Origin: a bacterium
GTDB taxonomy: Bacteria; Zixibacteria; MSB-5A5; GN15; FEB-12
Length of the DNA: 57,828 nt
NCBI GenBank assembly: GCA_043811375.1
Contig: JBDRNJ010000011.1
Location: 1-57,828, forward strand
Reading direction: 5' to 3'
Shown: positions 28,791 through 38,147 of the stretch, piece by piece
Numbering within the stretch: position 1 is the stretch's first letter
Layout: every line of letters starts with the position of its first letter
Program-made: the position numbers and the translations under genes
Notes under the pieces: generated by a model
Database searches by the model: none
Told to the model about the DNA's origin: nothing
Seen by the model: the letters and a program-made list of their open reading frames with translations, nothing else

Positions 28791-31202
28791 ATGCGCCTTA
28801 TATCACTACAAATGGAGAACTTCAGGGTTTTCCGAAAGGTCAATCTGACCTTCCCCGACAGCGTCATAGGCATAATCGGTCCCAATGGTGCCGGGAAATC
28901 ATCGATTGTCGAGGCTATTTCGTGGGCTCTTTACGGAACCCAGGTAACCCGTTCGGGAAAAGATGAGATCAAGTCGGTTTTCGCCGGTCCCTTCGAATCC
29001 TGCCAGGTAACCCTTGAGTTTGCTGTCAACGGCCAGAACTATCGTGTTATCAGGCGTTTAGCAGGCAAAATCGAGCGGCCCGAGGTCGAACTGTACCGGG
29101 GAGAAACATCAGAATCGGTGGGTGTAAACGAAACCCGTCAATATGTCGGAGAACTTTTTGGTCTCGATTGGAGGGGGTTTCTCACCTCTTTTCTGGCTCG
29201 CCAGCAGGAACTCAATGCTCTGTCGGATCTCCAGCCGGCCCGGCGTCGGGATCAACTGGCCGGTATGATGGGAATCGAGCGGCTCGACAGAGCCTTTCGG
29301 GATGTTAAGAGAGATTGTCGGATAGACAAGGACCAAACCGCCTTTCTGGAAAGGCAATTGGCTGATTCCGGCGCGGTGCAACTGCGCCTGGGCGAACTCT
29401 CCAGCCTGATACCTCAACTTTCACAACGGGTTAACATGTCTAAGAGCCTGCAGACTCAGGCCCGAAAAGAATTTCAGAAGGAATCTGAATCCTTTCTCAA
29501 AATTCAGCAGACTCAGTCACAGTGGTTGCAACTAACGGCACGAATTGAAGCCCAGGAGAGTTCGATTACCGACCTCGCGAAGCAACTATCTGAAAATCAA
29601 CAAGATAGGATTGAGTTGATATCAAAAAAAGAAGAAATGGCCTCTCTTCAAATCCGCCTGGCCGAGCTTCCCGCTACCAGAAAGCGGATGGAAGCTATGG
29701 AAGTGGCCCGAAACCGTGTTGAACTTCGCCGTACATTAATGGAGCAAAAAGCTGACTTAACCGGTCAAATTATTCACCTTGAGACCAGCCTGAGCCAATG
29801 CAAAAAGACTCTTGCAGATTATCAGTTACAATTAAGTACGATACCGGATGATACTGAAAGTTCATTATCTGCACATCAGGAGCGACTGGAACAGACCCGC
29901 CATAACTACTCAACTCTGCGCAGCAGGAAGTTATCGCTGGAGCACGAGAGGGGCAAGATTACCGATCAGTTACAGTCAATCACCCAACTTGGCCCGGAGT
30001 CGGTTTGCGATCTCTGTCAGCGCCCTCTGGGCGACAGTCTGCCACATATGAAAGACCACCTGGCACAGGAACTACATCGTCTCGATTCTGCTATTTCCTC
30101 TCTCATCGACAAGCTAACAGCCAGTGAGGAGGAGGGTAAGCAATCAGGCCGGACCTGTCAAAAATTGGAGGAAGCTGTCCGGAAAAAGCAGGAGCTTACA
30201 ATACGTCACCAGACCTGCCAAACCGAACTGTCAGATTTGAAGCAGAGACAAAAACAACTGATCACTCGGCTGGCAAATGTTGAAGAACAGTTAACTCCGT
30301 TTAAGACAGTCTCTTATGATCAGCAGGAGTATGACAGAATATCCGAACTCTTAAAGCAGCTTGAGATTGCCCGGGAACAACAGATCAGGCTCAGCGGCGA
30401 GGTATCTCGTTTGCCGACTGTCGAGAATACCATCAAGCAGCAGGAGCAGCGTCTGGCCTCGGCTCGGGAGCACGTTATGTCATTGAAGGACAGTATGATA
30501 CAACTTGCTTTTAAGCCGGAGGAATTTGAAATTGCCCACCAACGATTTGAGACTGAACGGCAGCACCTGGAATCGGCCCGAGACGATCTTTTTGCAGCGG
30601 AGAAAGAGATGGAAGTTGCCGGGAAGGAGCTTCAGGAAAAGACTGAACAAATGAAGCGTTTTGAGAAGGTGACCGCCGAACTGGAAGAAACTCGGAGCAG
30701 CCATTATCATCGTGAGAAACTGGCGGATTTGCTGGCAGAGTTCCGCAAACATTTGATCGGTCAGATCAGACCCACGCTGGCATCACTTTCCAGCCGGCTG
30801 ATGGCAGAAATGACCGACTGGAAATACACCATGCTGGAACTTGACGAGAAATACAACCTGCGCGTAATGGATGCCGGCAAGTACTACGGCGTGGAACGGT
30901 TCTCAGGCGGTGAAAAGGATCTGGCCAATCTCTGCCTGAGACTGGCGATATCGCTGGCCTTGACCGAGTCGGCCGGTCTGAACCGATCATTCATTATATT
31001 GGATGAAGTATTCGGTTCCCAGGACAATGACCGCAAGGATCTGATTATCAGAGCCCTGACCAACCTCAAAAACCGTTTCCCTCAGATCCTGTTGATTACC
31101 CATATCGAGGATATCAAGGATCGGGTGGAGCAGTTAATCGAAATCAATCCCGGCCGCGCCGGTCATTCAGAGGTACGGATCAATGGCGAACTTATCTCCT
31201 GA
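28791..31202 (+). CDS. sbcC: SbcC/Rad50-like SMC-family ATPase
   Basis: MRLISLQMENFR start; Walker A GPNGAGKS; Q-loop; coiled coils with central CDLC zinc hook; signature FSGGEK; Walker B ILDE; ITH. Confidence 0.9.
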   Translation: MRLISLQMENFRVFRKVNLTFPDSVIGIIGPNGAGKSSIVEAISWALYGTQVTRSGKDEIKSVFAGPFESCQVTLEFAVNGQNYRVIRRLAGKIERPEVELYRGETSESVGVNETRQYVGELFGLDWRGFLTSFLARQQELNALSDLQPARRRDQLAGMMGIERLDRAFRDVKRDCRIDKDQTAFLERQLADSGAVQLRLGELSSLIPQLSQRVNMSKSLQTQARKEFQKESESFLKIQQTQSQWLQLTARIEAQESSITDLAKQLSENQQDRIELISKKEEMASLQIRLAELPATRKRMEAMEVARNRVELRRTLMEQKADLTGQIIHLETSLSQCKKTLADYQLQLSTIPDDTESSLSAHQERLEQTRHNYSTLRSRKLSLEHERGKITDQLQSITQLGPESVCDLCQRPLGDSLPHMKDHLAQELHRLDSAISSLIDKLTASEEEGKQSGRTCQKLEEAVRKKQELTIRHQTCQTELSDLKQRQKQLITRLANVEEQLTPFKTVSYDQQEYDRISELLKQLEIAREQQIRLSGEVSRLPTVENTIKQQEQRLASAREHVMSLKDSMIQLAFKPEEFEIAHQRFETERQHLESARDDLFAAEKEMEVAGKELQEKTEQMKRFEKVTAELEETRSSHYHREKLADLLAEFRKHLIGQIRPTLASLSSRLMAEMTDWKYTMLELDEKYNLRVMDAGKYYGVERFSGGEKDLANLCLRLAISLALTESAGLNRSFIILDEVFGSQDNDRKDLIIRALTNLKNRFPQILLITHIEDIKDRVEQLIEINPGRAGHSEVRINGELIS

Positions 31203-31854
31203 TAAGCGACGGCGTCTCAGAACAGCCGTCAGGTGGCTGTTGCTGCTGTTGTTGGTGGTGGTGATTGTCGCTTTCCGGTTTGCCGAAGAAATCGGCTTTG
31301 ACCGTCGGCCCTCTGATCGCTTCGTGGTGGCGAAAATCGAGGACGGCGATACTGTCGAACTGCTCGGCGGTGACCGCCTGCGATTGCTGTCTGTCGACAC
31401 ACCGGAAAAGGGCCAGCCGCTCTATGACGAGGCCTGCCGCTTCCTGTCTGATCTGACCCTGGGCCAACAGGCACGTATCGAGTTTGCCGGTCGGCGACGC
31501 GACAAATACGGGCGGCTGCTGGGTTACCTGTATATTGACAGCTTATTCATTAATAAGGCTATCCTCGACAGCGGGCTGGGCTATCTGTACTTGTTTAAGG
31601 ATACCGAATTGAATCGTCCCGAGACGAAAGAACTGCTTACGGCCCAGCGCAACGCCATGCAAAAAGGTGTCGGTCTGTGGGCTATCGAGCGTTCACCGGA
31701 AGATTACTATGTTGCCCGTGCCGGCTCTTTTCGTTTTCACCGTCCCGGTTGTCGGTCGCTGCGCGACCTCAAGCCCGACCGCTATCACACTTATGTCTCC
31801 CGCAACGACGCCCTGAGGGAAGGCCTCTCCCCCTGCCGTCGCTGCCGCCCGTAG
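31183..31854 (+). CDS. Membrane-anchored thermonuclease (SNase) with C-terminal Ada-type zinc-binding domain
   Basis: TM helix; EDGDT, RLLSVDTPE, RDKYGRLLGY; FHRPGC...PCRRCRP. Confidence 0.92.
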   Translation: MANLSPDKRRRLRTAVRWLLLLLLVVVIVAFRFAEEIGFDRRPSDRFVVAKIEDGDTVELLGGDRLRLLSVDTPEKGQPLYDEACRFLSDLTLGQQARIEFAGRRRDKYGRLLGYLYIDSLFINKAILDSGLGYLYLFKDTELNRPETKELLTAQRNAMQKGVGLWAIERSPEDYYVARAGSFRFHRPGCRSLRDLKPDRYHTYVSRNDALREGLSPCRRCRP

Positions 31855-32020
31855 GGGGTGAAAACACCGCTTTCCTCCGTCAAGTACACAAAGAGTAGCT
31901 GTGATAAAAGTCAGCCTTATTAAAAAAGGTTCTCTCGTAATATTGTGAAGCAAAACGTCGTGACACCCATGTCGGTCGATGCATTCATCTATTAGGAAGT
32001 ATTGAAAAACATAACAAACT

Positions 32021-32148
32021 TCATGATGAGGAACGAAGCGACGTGGCTATCTCGTTAGGTGCGCGGCGTATGTCCACATGCACCGCGATCTGCGGCAGAT
32101 GTGGACATCTGCCGGTCACAACCCGCCTTCGGCGGGTTCGCGATGACA
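32021..32148. repeat. Composite degenerate palindromic element (GTCATTGCGAG...CTCGCAATGAC-like ends with internal hairpins)
   Basis: tcatgatgaggaacgaagcgacgtggctatctc ... ttcgcgatgaca. Inside are two atgtccacat-core palindromes (one matching the reverse complement of 28521-28548) and aacccgccttcggcgggtt. Confidence 0.6.
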
Positions 32149-32247
32149 CACTGACAGATAGTTATGGAGTTAGCTTGAGTTTGTGAATAATGCGGGCTAT
32201 CTTTCCCAACATTACCATAATCGCCACTCCGATTATAAGGGTAGAAC

Positions 32248-33024
32248 ATGATCAACAATCCCGTCATCGACGCCATGCTCCGGCGCAAGTCGATTCGCAA
32301 GTATACCGAACAGACACCCTCGGATGAGACCATCGAAGCGGTCGTTCGAGCGGGACAACAGGCGCCGTTTGCCGCTCAGTTGTACAGTGTGCTGCTGTCG
32401 CGACGACGTGATAAGCACCCCTTCAAGGCGCCGCTGTTGTTTACCATCTGTGTCGACTTTCACAAGCTGGAGAAAATCATGGCCCGGCGCAACTGGCAGA
32501 TGGTCACCAACAACCTGACCATGATGCTGTTCGGTATTCAGGATGCCACCCTGGTGGCCCAGAACATGGTCATGGCCGCCGAGAGTGTCGGTATGGGCTC
32601 CTGCTTTCTGGGGATGTTTCCTAAGATGATCGAAAAGATCGTCAATGAATACAAGCTGCCCCCACGAGTCTTTCCCCTCGTGCGGCTGACGATGGGGTAC
32701 CCTGCTGAAAATCCGCCGCCTCGCCCCCGGTATCCTCTCGACTACGTTCTGTTTGAAGATCGATACGGTGATCTCGACGACGATACGATCAAGAAGGCCA
32801 TGGCCGCGATGGACGACGGTTACCTGGCTCAGGACTATTATCGCGCAGCAAATTACATCATCCCCCTTGAAAGCGGTCGACAGGAAGCCCATACGTTTAC
32901 CAACTACAGTTGGACGGAGCACATCTCACGCAAGTGGGGTCAGTGGGATGCCTCGCCGGATGAAATGCTGAAACAATTCGAGAAGTGCGGTATCGCAATC
33001 CCCGGTAGCGACCAGCCGGGTTGA
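32248..33024 (+). CDS. Nitroreductase / flavin reductase family protein (NfsA-like)
   Basis: RRKSIRKY, QAP, DATLVAQNMVMAAESVGMGSCFLG, MGYP, RPRYP. Confidence 0.93.
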   Translation: MINNPVIDAMLRRKSIRKYTEQTPSDETIEAVVRAGQQAPFAAQLYSVLLSRRRDKHPFKAPLLFTICVDFHKLEKIMARRNWQMVTNNLTMMLFGIQDATLVAQNMVMAAESVGMGSCFLGMFPKMIEKIVNEYKLPPRVFPLVRLTMGYPAENPPPRPRYPLDYVLFEDRYGDLDDDTIKKAMAAMDDGYLAQDYYRAANYIIPLESGRQEAHTFTNYSWTEHISRKWGQWDASPDEMLKQFEKCGIAIPGSDQPG

Positions 33025-33083
33025 TCAATAGGCGCGATCGCCCCGCCTGAGAACGGGCACCGGTCTGCCCCAGGACCGATTGG

Positions 33084-34022
33084 CTACTGCAACCCCTGCA
33101 GCCAGGTGGCCATCAGATGGTCATAGGCGGTGGAATCGTAGCCGATGATACCGACCAGTTTGCTGCGCACCAAACCGGCCAAGATCCGGCCATGCTGAGG
33201 ATCATTGAAGGCCAGTGAATAATCTTCATAGGCCAGTGTAACCGGCGCCAGGTCAACCGCACCGACAGTTTCAGCATATTTTTTCAACTCCAGGAATTTT
33301 TGGCCACTGTCATCCATACCCAGAAACAGCACGGCCGTGTCGCTGCCGGAAACATACACCGAACTGTAAAACTGGTCCAGACCGCTGATATCCAGGAAAT
33401 CGTGCGAGTAGAAGCGCTCAGAAAGCGGGACGCGGTCACGCATGGGGAAAAGCATGAAAAAAGTGGGTTTTGACGCCGCCGACGGAACCAGGTTATCGAT
33501 CTCTCGCCCGAGCAGAAACCGGGCCGCCAGATGCGCGCTGTCCTGTTCAGATACAGTGAGAGTCACCACCATGTCACCGTGCGTAAAGTAACACCGGGCA
33601 CCGTCCGTAAAAGACTCAACGCCCAGGCTGTCGGAGCCGACACCAATCGGGCGCAGACCGGAGTAGAATCCGTAGGCGTCTTCCGGCGAGGCAAACTGGG
33701 CTACCTCGGCGGAGACGGTTAAATCCTGAACCTGATAATCCGCCTCGGCTAAACCGACCAGATTGCAGGCCAGGTAGGCTGCCGCTTTCTCGCCCAGTAT
33801 CGAGTCGGCTTCGGTGGGCAGGATCTTGTTCGGTGATCCCAGACGTTTGATGTCCGGAGTCTCGATATCATGCGGCAGGCAACCGGCTGCATAAAACGTC
33901 TGAGTGTCCACATTTGTCTCTGTACTTATTACGTCAGATTGAGGTTGTTTCTTATCGCTGCAGGACAGAACACACAGCAGCAGACATAAAATACCCGGCA
34001 GGATTGAGAGATTTTTCTTCAT
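33084..34022 (-). CDS. Putative lipoprotein (DUF6599-like)
   Basis: ATGA overlap with the upstream gene; MKKNLSILPGILCLLLCVLSC lipobox; QFASPEDAYGFYS motif. Confidence 0.75.
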   Translation of the reverse strand: MKKNLSILPGILCLLLCVLSCSDKKQPQSDVISTETNVDTQTFYAAGCLPHDIETPDIKRLGSPNKILPTEADSILGEKAAAYLACNLVGLAEADYQVQDLTVSAEVAQFASPEDAYGFYSGLRPIGVGSDSLGVESFTDGARCYFTHGDMVVTLTVSEQDSAHLAARFLLGREIDNLVPSAASKPTFFMLFPMRDRVPLSERFYSHDFLDISGLDQFYSSVYVSGSDTAVLFLGMDDSGQKFLELKKYAETVGAVDLAPVTLAYEDYSLAFNDPQHGRILAGLVRSKLVGIIGYDSTAYDHLMATWLQGLQ

Positions 34023-34891
34023 AGCACATACAACACCAAGCTTGAGGTTACCAACCACAGAAACACCGTAACCATAATGGGGATATCACTGATCAACACC
34101 CGTGTCGGTGAACCGCCCTTTTCTTCTCTATGAATCAGGTAGAGGTAGCGGAACAACCCGTACACGACAAAGGGAATAGTGACAAACAGATTTTCAGTAC
34201 CCAGTTTCAATGACACTTCCGTCGAGAAGCTGTACAGCATGTACATTACCAGTACCGAGGGTGTCACCACCGCTACCAACTGGTCCAACAGGTAGGGGGA
34301 ATACTGACTTAAAATTCGGCGATGTTTCTCTGCATTTTCTTCCAGTGAAACCAGTTCGTGACGCCGCTTGCCGAATCCGAGAAACATGGCCAGCAGCAGC
34401 GTGTTGATGAGCATCCATTTGGAGGCCGGGACATCGATCGCAAAAGCACCGGCGTAGGCACGCACCACGAAGCTGGCAGCCACACCCATGACGTCAACAA
34501 TTACAATGTTCTTAAGCCAGACAGTGTAAAGCAGATTCAGAATTAGAAATACTACCGCCACCCAAAAAAAGTCGACACTTACCAGCCAGGCGCCGGCCAG
34601 GCCGGCTGCTCCCAGGACTGCGATCATCACCACCGCCAGACCGGGTGATACTTGTCCCGATGCAATCGGCCGATTTTTCTTGATCGGGTGCCGGCGATCG
34701 ATCCGGCGATCAATAAGATCATTGAACGTATAGACTGCCGATGACAGGAGACAGAACATGCCGATGGCCAGCAGAGCCAACCGTACCCTGGTCGGGTCCG
34801 TCAGTTCACCGGCAAAGATGAGCGCCAGCAGGATGATACCGTTCTTCAACCATTGCCTGGGTCGCGCCAGTCTGAGAAGCAGTAAAAGCAT
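34019..34891 (-). CDS. Decaprenyl-phosphate phosphoribosyltransferase (UbiA family)
   Basis: RPRQWLKN, YTFNDLIDRRIDRRHPIKKNRPIASG, KRRHE, YGLFRY. Confidence 0.93.
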   Translation of the reverse strand: MLLLLLRLARPRQWLKNGIILLALIFAGELTDPTRVRLALLAIGMFCLLSSAVYTFNDLIDRRIDRRHPIKKNRPIASGQVSPGLAVVMIAVLGAAGLAGAWLVSVDFFWVAVVFLILNLLYTVWLKNIVIVDVMGVAASFVVRAYAGAFAIDVPASKWMLINTLLLAMFLGFGKRRHELVSLEENAEKHRRILSQYSPYLLDQLVAVVTPSVLVMYMLYSFSTEVSLKLGTENLFVTIPFVVYGLFRYLYLIHREEKGGSPTRVLISDIPIMVTVFLWLVTSSLVLYVL

Positions 34892-34896
34892 GAGGT

Positions 34897-34925
34897 ATGA
34901 TAAGCTACCGCTTTATTGCGTTCAA
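34897..34925 (-). promoter_or_regulatory. sigma70 promoter giving a probable leaderless transcript
   Basis: TTGAAC-N17-TATCAT, 5 nt from the ATG; no SD. Confidence 0.5.
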
Positions 34926-34928
34926 GGT

Positions 34929-35570
34929 CTAATTGTCCATCGACAGAGCCGCTTGAAGCCCGGGATAGGCAGCTTCGATAAAATCCATTGCAGAAGCGGT
35001 GGCTTCATCAACGGTCCGCCCCTTAAGCGGTAGCGTCAGGCGCACCATGGCTGCATCGGTGGCCCGACACAGCAGCGAGTTTTTCATCATCTGCCACTTG
35101 AGGCTGAATTCGTTGCAGGTGACCGTTCCCCTGGTTTCAAACCAGTAGAACATCAGGTGTTTCTCACCGCGATGGCTTATCAGCGCCCGGTTTACTTCCC
35201 GGGCATCTCCACCGGCCGCCGGCAATACGAAAGGCTGCTGCCATTCAATTGTCCAACCGCCGCCCGGCAGACAATGCCGGGGTGAATGAATCTGACGACC
35301 GTACTTCTGGGATGAGAAATAGGCGACATACAACCACAACTCTGATTGATCAGCGGCCCGGTAGAGCTTCAGGCAGGAAGCATCGGCATTTAAGATATTT
35401 TCGGAGCCATCAACGAATTGCTCTTTCACGCTCACGTAGTCACCGATCTTGTCCGGGATGACCGACAGGTCGGCCGCCCGGGAAGGCTCAACGGCGCCGA
35501 ACCGCAACCAGTTACCCATTAAACCGGCGATAATCACCAGTGCCGTTGATAGCGCCAGGGCTGTTTTCAT
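34929..35570 (-). CDS. epsI: Exosortase-associated EpsI family protein
   Basis: LYVAYFSSQ, IHSPRHCLPGGGW, FYWF, DAAMVRL; directly follows the exosortase. Confidence 0.9.
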   Translation of the reverse strand: MKTALALSTALVIIAGLMGNWLRFGAVEPSRAADLSVIPDKIGDYVSVKEQFVDGSENILNADASCLKLYRAADQSELWLYVAYFSSQKYGRQIHSPRHCLPGGGWTIEWQQPFVLPAAGGDAREVNRALISHRGEKHLMFYWFETRGTVTCNEFSLKWQMMKNSLLCRATDAAMVRLTLPLKGRTVDEATASAMDFIEAAYPGLQAALSMDN

Positions 35571-36433
35571 TGCCGGATTCTCCTGAGAATCACACTGCCG
35601 GCGTGCAGCATCATAAAGGCAAAGAGAAACACGCTCAGCCCCAACAGCGTATGCAGCGGCTCGGCCGTTATGTCGACTGCCTGAATATGTACCAGCAACG
35701 ACGTCAACACTACCCTGAAGATATTACCGGCCATTGCGATCGGCACCATCGCAATGAACAGGATAGCCTGTGCCACACGTCCCCTTTGGGTCAAACGGGC
35801 ATAGAGCGCACCCAGAGCCAGTAGCGCCAGCAGCGACCTGATCCCGGAACAGGCCGCAGCCACTTCCAGCGACTGACCGGCCAGATGAATGATGTTCCCC
35901 TGCCGGACGACTTCAATACCCATAACGTCCAGCACCGCTACCGTCAGCGTGGTGACGCCGGCCTGCATGGGAAACGCCAGAGTGTAATAGATCACATACG
36001 GGAGTGGAATCATGAAAATTAAATAGAATATTTCAAACCACGCCGCCCTGGCCACAGTTCGTCCCAGCAAGTACCACACCAGACCGAAGAGGGTCACAAC
36101 GAATGACAATCGCAGCGTGTAGTACTCGGCCGCGGAGTTGGCCAGCACAAACAACACCAGCCCGGCAATCATTACCGGCAGACCAGGTAAATCGATACGA
36201 ATATTTAGTGATTTCAAAAAATCCCGTCGGCGCCACAGCAGGAGCACTGAGATCACCGGAATCAGAAAGCCATGGGAATAGTTGGCATCGTTGTACCAGT
36301 CCGTCACCAGATCATAAAAAGCCGGTGCGAAGGTCAGAAACAGCGCTGCCAGCGGTACGCCCACCAGCGGCAGCCGATTCCACGGTCGGTTTACCGGCAG
36401 GTGGGCAGCGTTCGTTCCGTTATTCATCAGCAT
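35567..36433 (-). CDS. xrt: Exosortase (EpsH family transpeptidase)
   Basis: W..DANYSHGFLIP, FMIPLP, RQGNII, LEVAAACSGIRS (catalytic Cys), NIFR, LHTLLG. Confidence 0.95.
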   Translation of the reverse strand: MLMNNGTNAAHLPVNRPWNRLPLVGVPLAALFLTFAPAFYDLVTDWYNDANYSHGFLIPVISVLLLWRRRDFLKSLNIRIDLPGLPVMIAGLVLFVLANSAAEYYTLRLSFVVTLFGLVWYLLGRTVARAAWFEIFYLIFMIPLPYVIYYTLAFPMQAGVTTLTVAVLDVMGIEVVRQGNIIHLAGQSLEVAAACSGIRSLLALLALGALYARLTQRGRVAQAILFIAMVPIAMAGNIFRVVLTSLLVHIQAVDITAEPLHTLLGLSVFLFAFMMLHAGSVILRRIRQ

Positions 36434-36469
36434 GGCTCCATAAATGCCTCATGACAATCCTAATATGCA

Positions 36470-36496
36470 TAATCGGCAGCGAAGAGCCATGATTGA
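36470..36496 (-). promoter_or_regulatory. sigma28 (FliA)-like promoter of the exosortase operon
   Basis: TCAA-N15-GCCGATTA, about 37 nt upstream of the ATG. Confidence 0.5.
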
Positions 36497-36566
36497 ACCA
36501 GGCGAAGTCGAAGAAAATCGGTTGGAAACGGTTTTACTCGGTGCTTTTTTTGCGTATAATGATCAC

Positions 36567-37511
36567 ATGAAATATCACCGCCGTCAGAAGGAACCGCGCG
36601 CACACTACTATTTGCTGGTAAACGCCGGAGTGGCCAACCACGATCGGCAACTGGTAGAGAAGCTGGCGGAAGCAATAAAGAGTCGTGGCTATGCCTACAC
36701 CATCTTCCAATCAGATTCCCCGGAGGAGCTTCTCCAACGAGCCCGATTGGCCTGTGGTTTGAGAAAATCAAGCCGTCGAACACCGGACTATATGCTGCGT
36801 CGCGGAAAAGTCACCGCCCTGATAGCCTGCGGCGGCGACGGAACCTTCAATCTGGTAGCCCGGGTAGCACTGGCCGCCAACCTGCCTATGGGGGCTCTGC
36901 CAACCGGTCGGCACTGTAACATCGTCCGATCTCTGTACGGTTCCGTCGATGCCATGACGGTCATAAGCAAACTGTTGCGCCGGGAGCAACGGAATGTGGA
37001 CACCGCTACCGTCTCCGGTCGGCTGATGGTGGGTTCCCTGGGAATCGGACTGATACCTGCTATGGCACATCTGTTACACGATGCGAAAACTCCTCGCTGG
37101 GGGTTCCGTTGGTCACGGTTAGGCTCCCGAGCCGCCGCGACTGTCCGTATCAGGAAGTTCTCTATCACTATCGACAGCTTCAGCTTTGAGGTACGTCCGA
37201 CCATTCTGAATGTCAACCTGCTGCCGTACAGCGTCGGGCTGCCGCTCAGCCCAACCTCAGTCCCGGACGACGGTTACGCAGAAGTTATCTTCGATTCCGG
37301 CGATAACGGCTGCGATATTCCCACCTTCGTCAAACTGATCCACAAACGCAAGTACGTCTACAGCAGTAATATCAAACTGTACCGCGGTCAGACAATCATG
37401 ATTCAATCGGTCAGGGACCAGACAATCTACCTCGATGGAGAACTCGTCACCCCTCCCACACCGATCCTCGAGTTGGAAATGGGTACCAGGCAACTGCAAG
37501 TATACTGTTGA
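36567..37511 (+). CDS. Diacylglycerol/lipid kinase family protein
   Basis: CGGDGTFN, LPTGRHCN, DDG, YLDGE. Start chosen at ATG 36567, 6 nt after TATAAT. Confidence 0.88.
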   Translation: MKYHRRQKEPRAHYYLLVNAGVANHDRQLVEKLAEAIKSRGYAYTIFQSDSPEELLQRARLACGLRKSSRRTPDYMLRRGKVTALIACGGDGTFNLVARVALAANLPMGALPTGRHCNIVRSLYGSVDAMTVISKLLRREQRNVDTATVSGRLMVGSLGIGLIPAMAHLLHDAKTPRWGFRWSRLGSRAAATVRIRKFSITIDSFSFEVRPTILNVNLLPYSVGLPLSPTSVPDDGYAEVIFDSGDNGCDIPTFVKLIHKRKYVYSSNIKLYRGQTIMIQSVRDQTIYLDGELVTPPTPILELEMGTRQLQVYC

Positions 37512-37517
37512 CCGCTC

Positions 37518-38147
37518 ATGGTGAAGCTGGTGATGATCCTGGGGCTACTGATGCTGGCGGCACCAATTATGGCCGACAGCACCGACGTCGATACATCAGA
37601 AACAGCCGCCGATTCCCTGCCGGAGATAAACGACATAATCGTTGACACGCTCCCGTACCGACCGGGTCAGAAACTGGCGTTCTATCGACCGGTCACCGAC
37701 ACACTGGACCTGGAACGTTGCCTGTCTCAAAATCCTACTGCGGCACTATTCAAATCGGCGCTACTGCCCGGCTGGGGACAGGTGGGTAACCGGCGCTATA
37801 TCAAGGCTTTATTTTTCGCCGGGCTGGATGCCTGGATGGTGGGCGGGGCCATCCACTACGGCCGGCAGGCAGCCGGGTTCTACCGCCGGTACGAGAGTGA
37901 AGACGCCTCAACCAGCCAGGGTTTGAATAACCGCAACGAACTGTACGCGCTTTATGAAGACCACAAGAACGACCGCAATAAGATGACCTGGTTCGCGGTG
38001 ATTGTCACGTTTGTAGCCATGTTTGACGCCTATGTTGACGCTCACCTGTCGGGGTTCCCGGTTATCGATGAAAGCGACCGGCTCGGTGTCCGGATGGAAC
38101 AGACCGGCGCCGGGGAGATACAGGCGATAGTGACGTTGCGGTTTTAG
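37518..38147 (+). CDS. Secreted/membrane protein of DUF5683 type
   Basis: Signal peptide; NPTAALFKSALLPGWGQVGNRRYIKA; DAYVDAHL. Confidence 0.8.
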   Translation: MVKLVMILGLLMLAAPIMADSTDVDTSETAADSLPEINDIIVDTLPYRPGQKLAFYRPVTDTLDLERCLSQNPTAALFKSALLPGWGQVGNRRYIKALFFAGLDAWMVGGAIHYGRQAAGFYRRYESEDASTSQGLNNRNELYALYEDHKNDRNKMTWFAVIVTFVAMFDAYVDAHLSGFPVIDESDRLGVRMEQTGAGEIQAIVTLRF

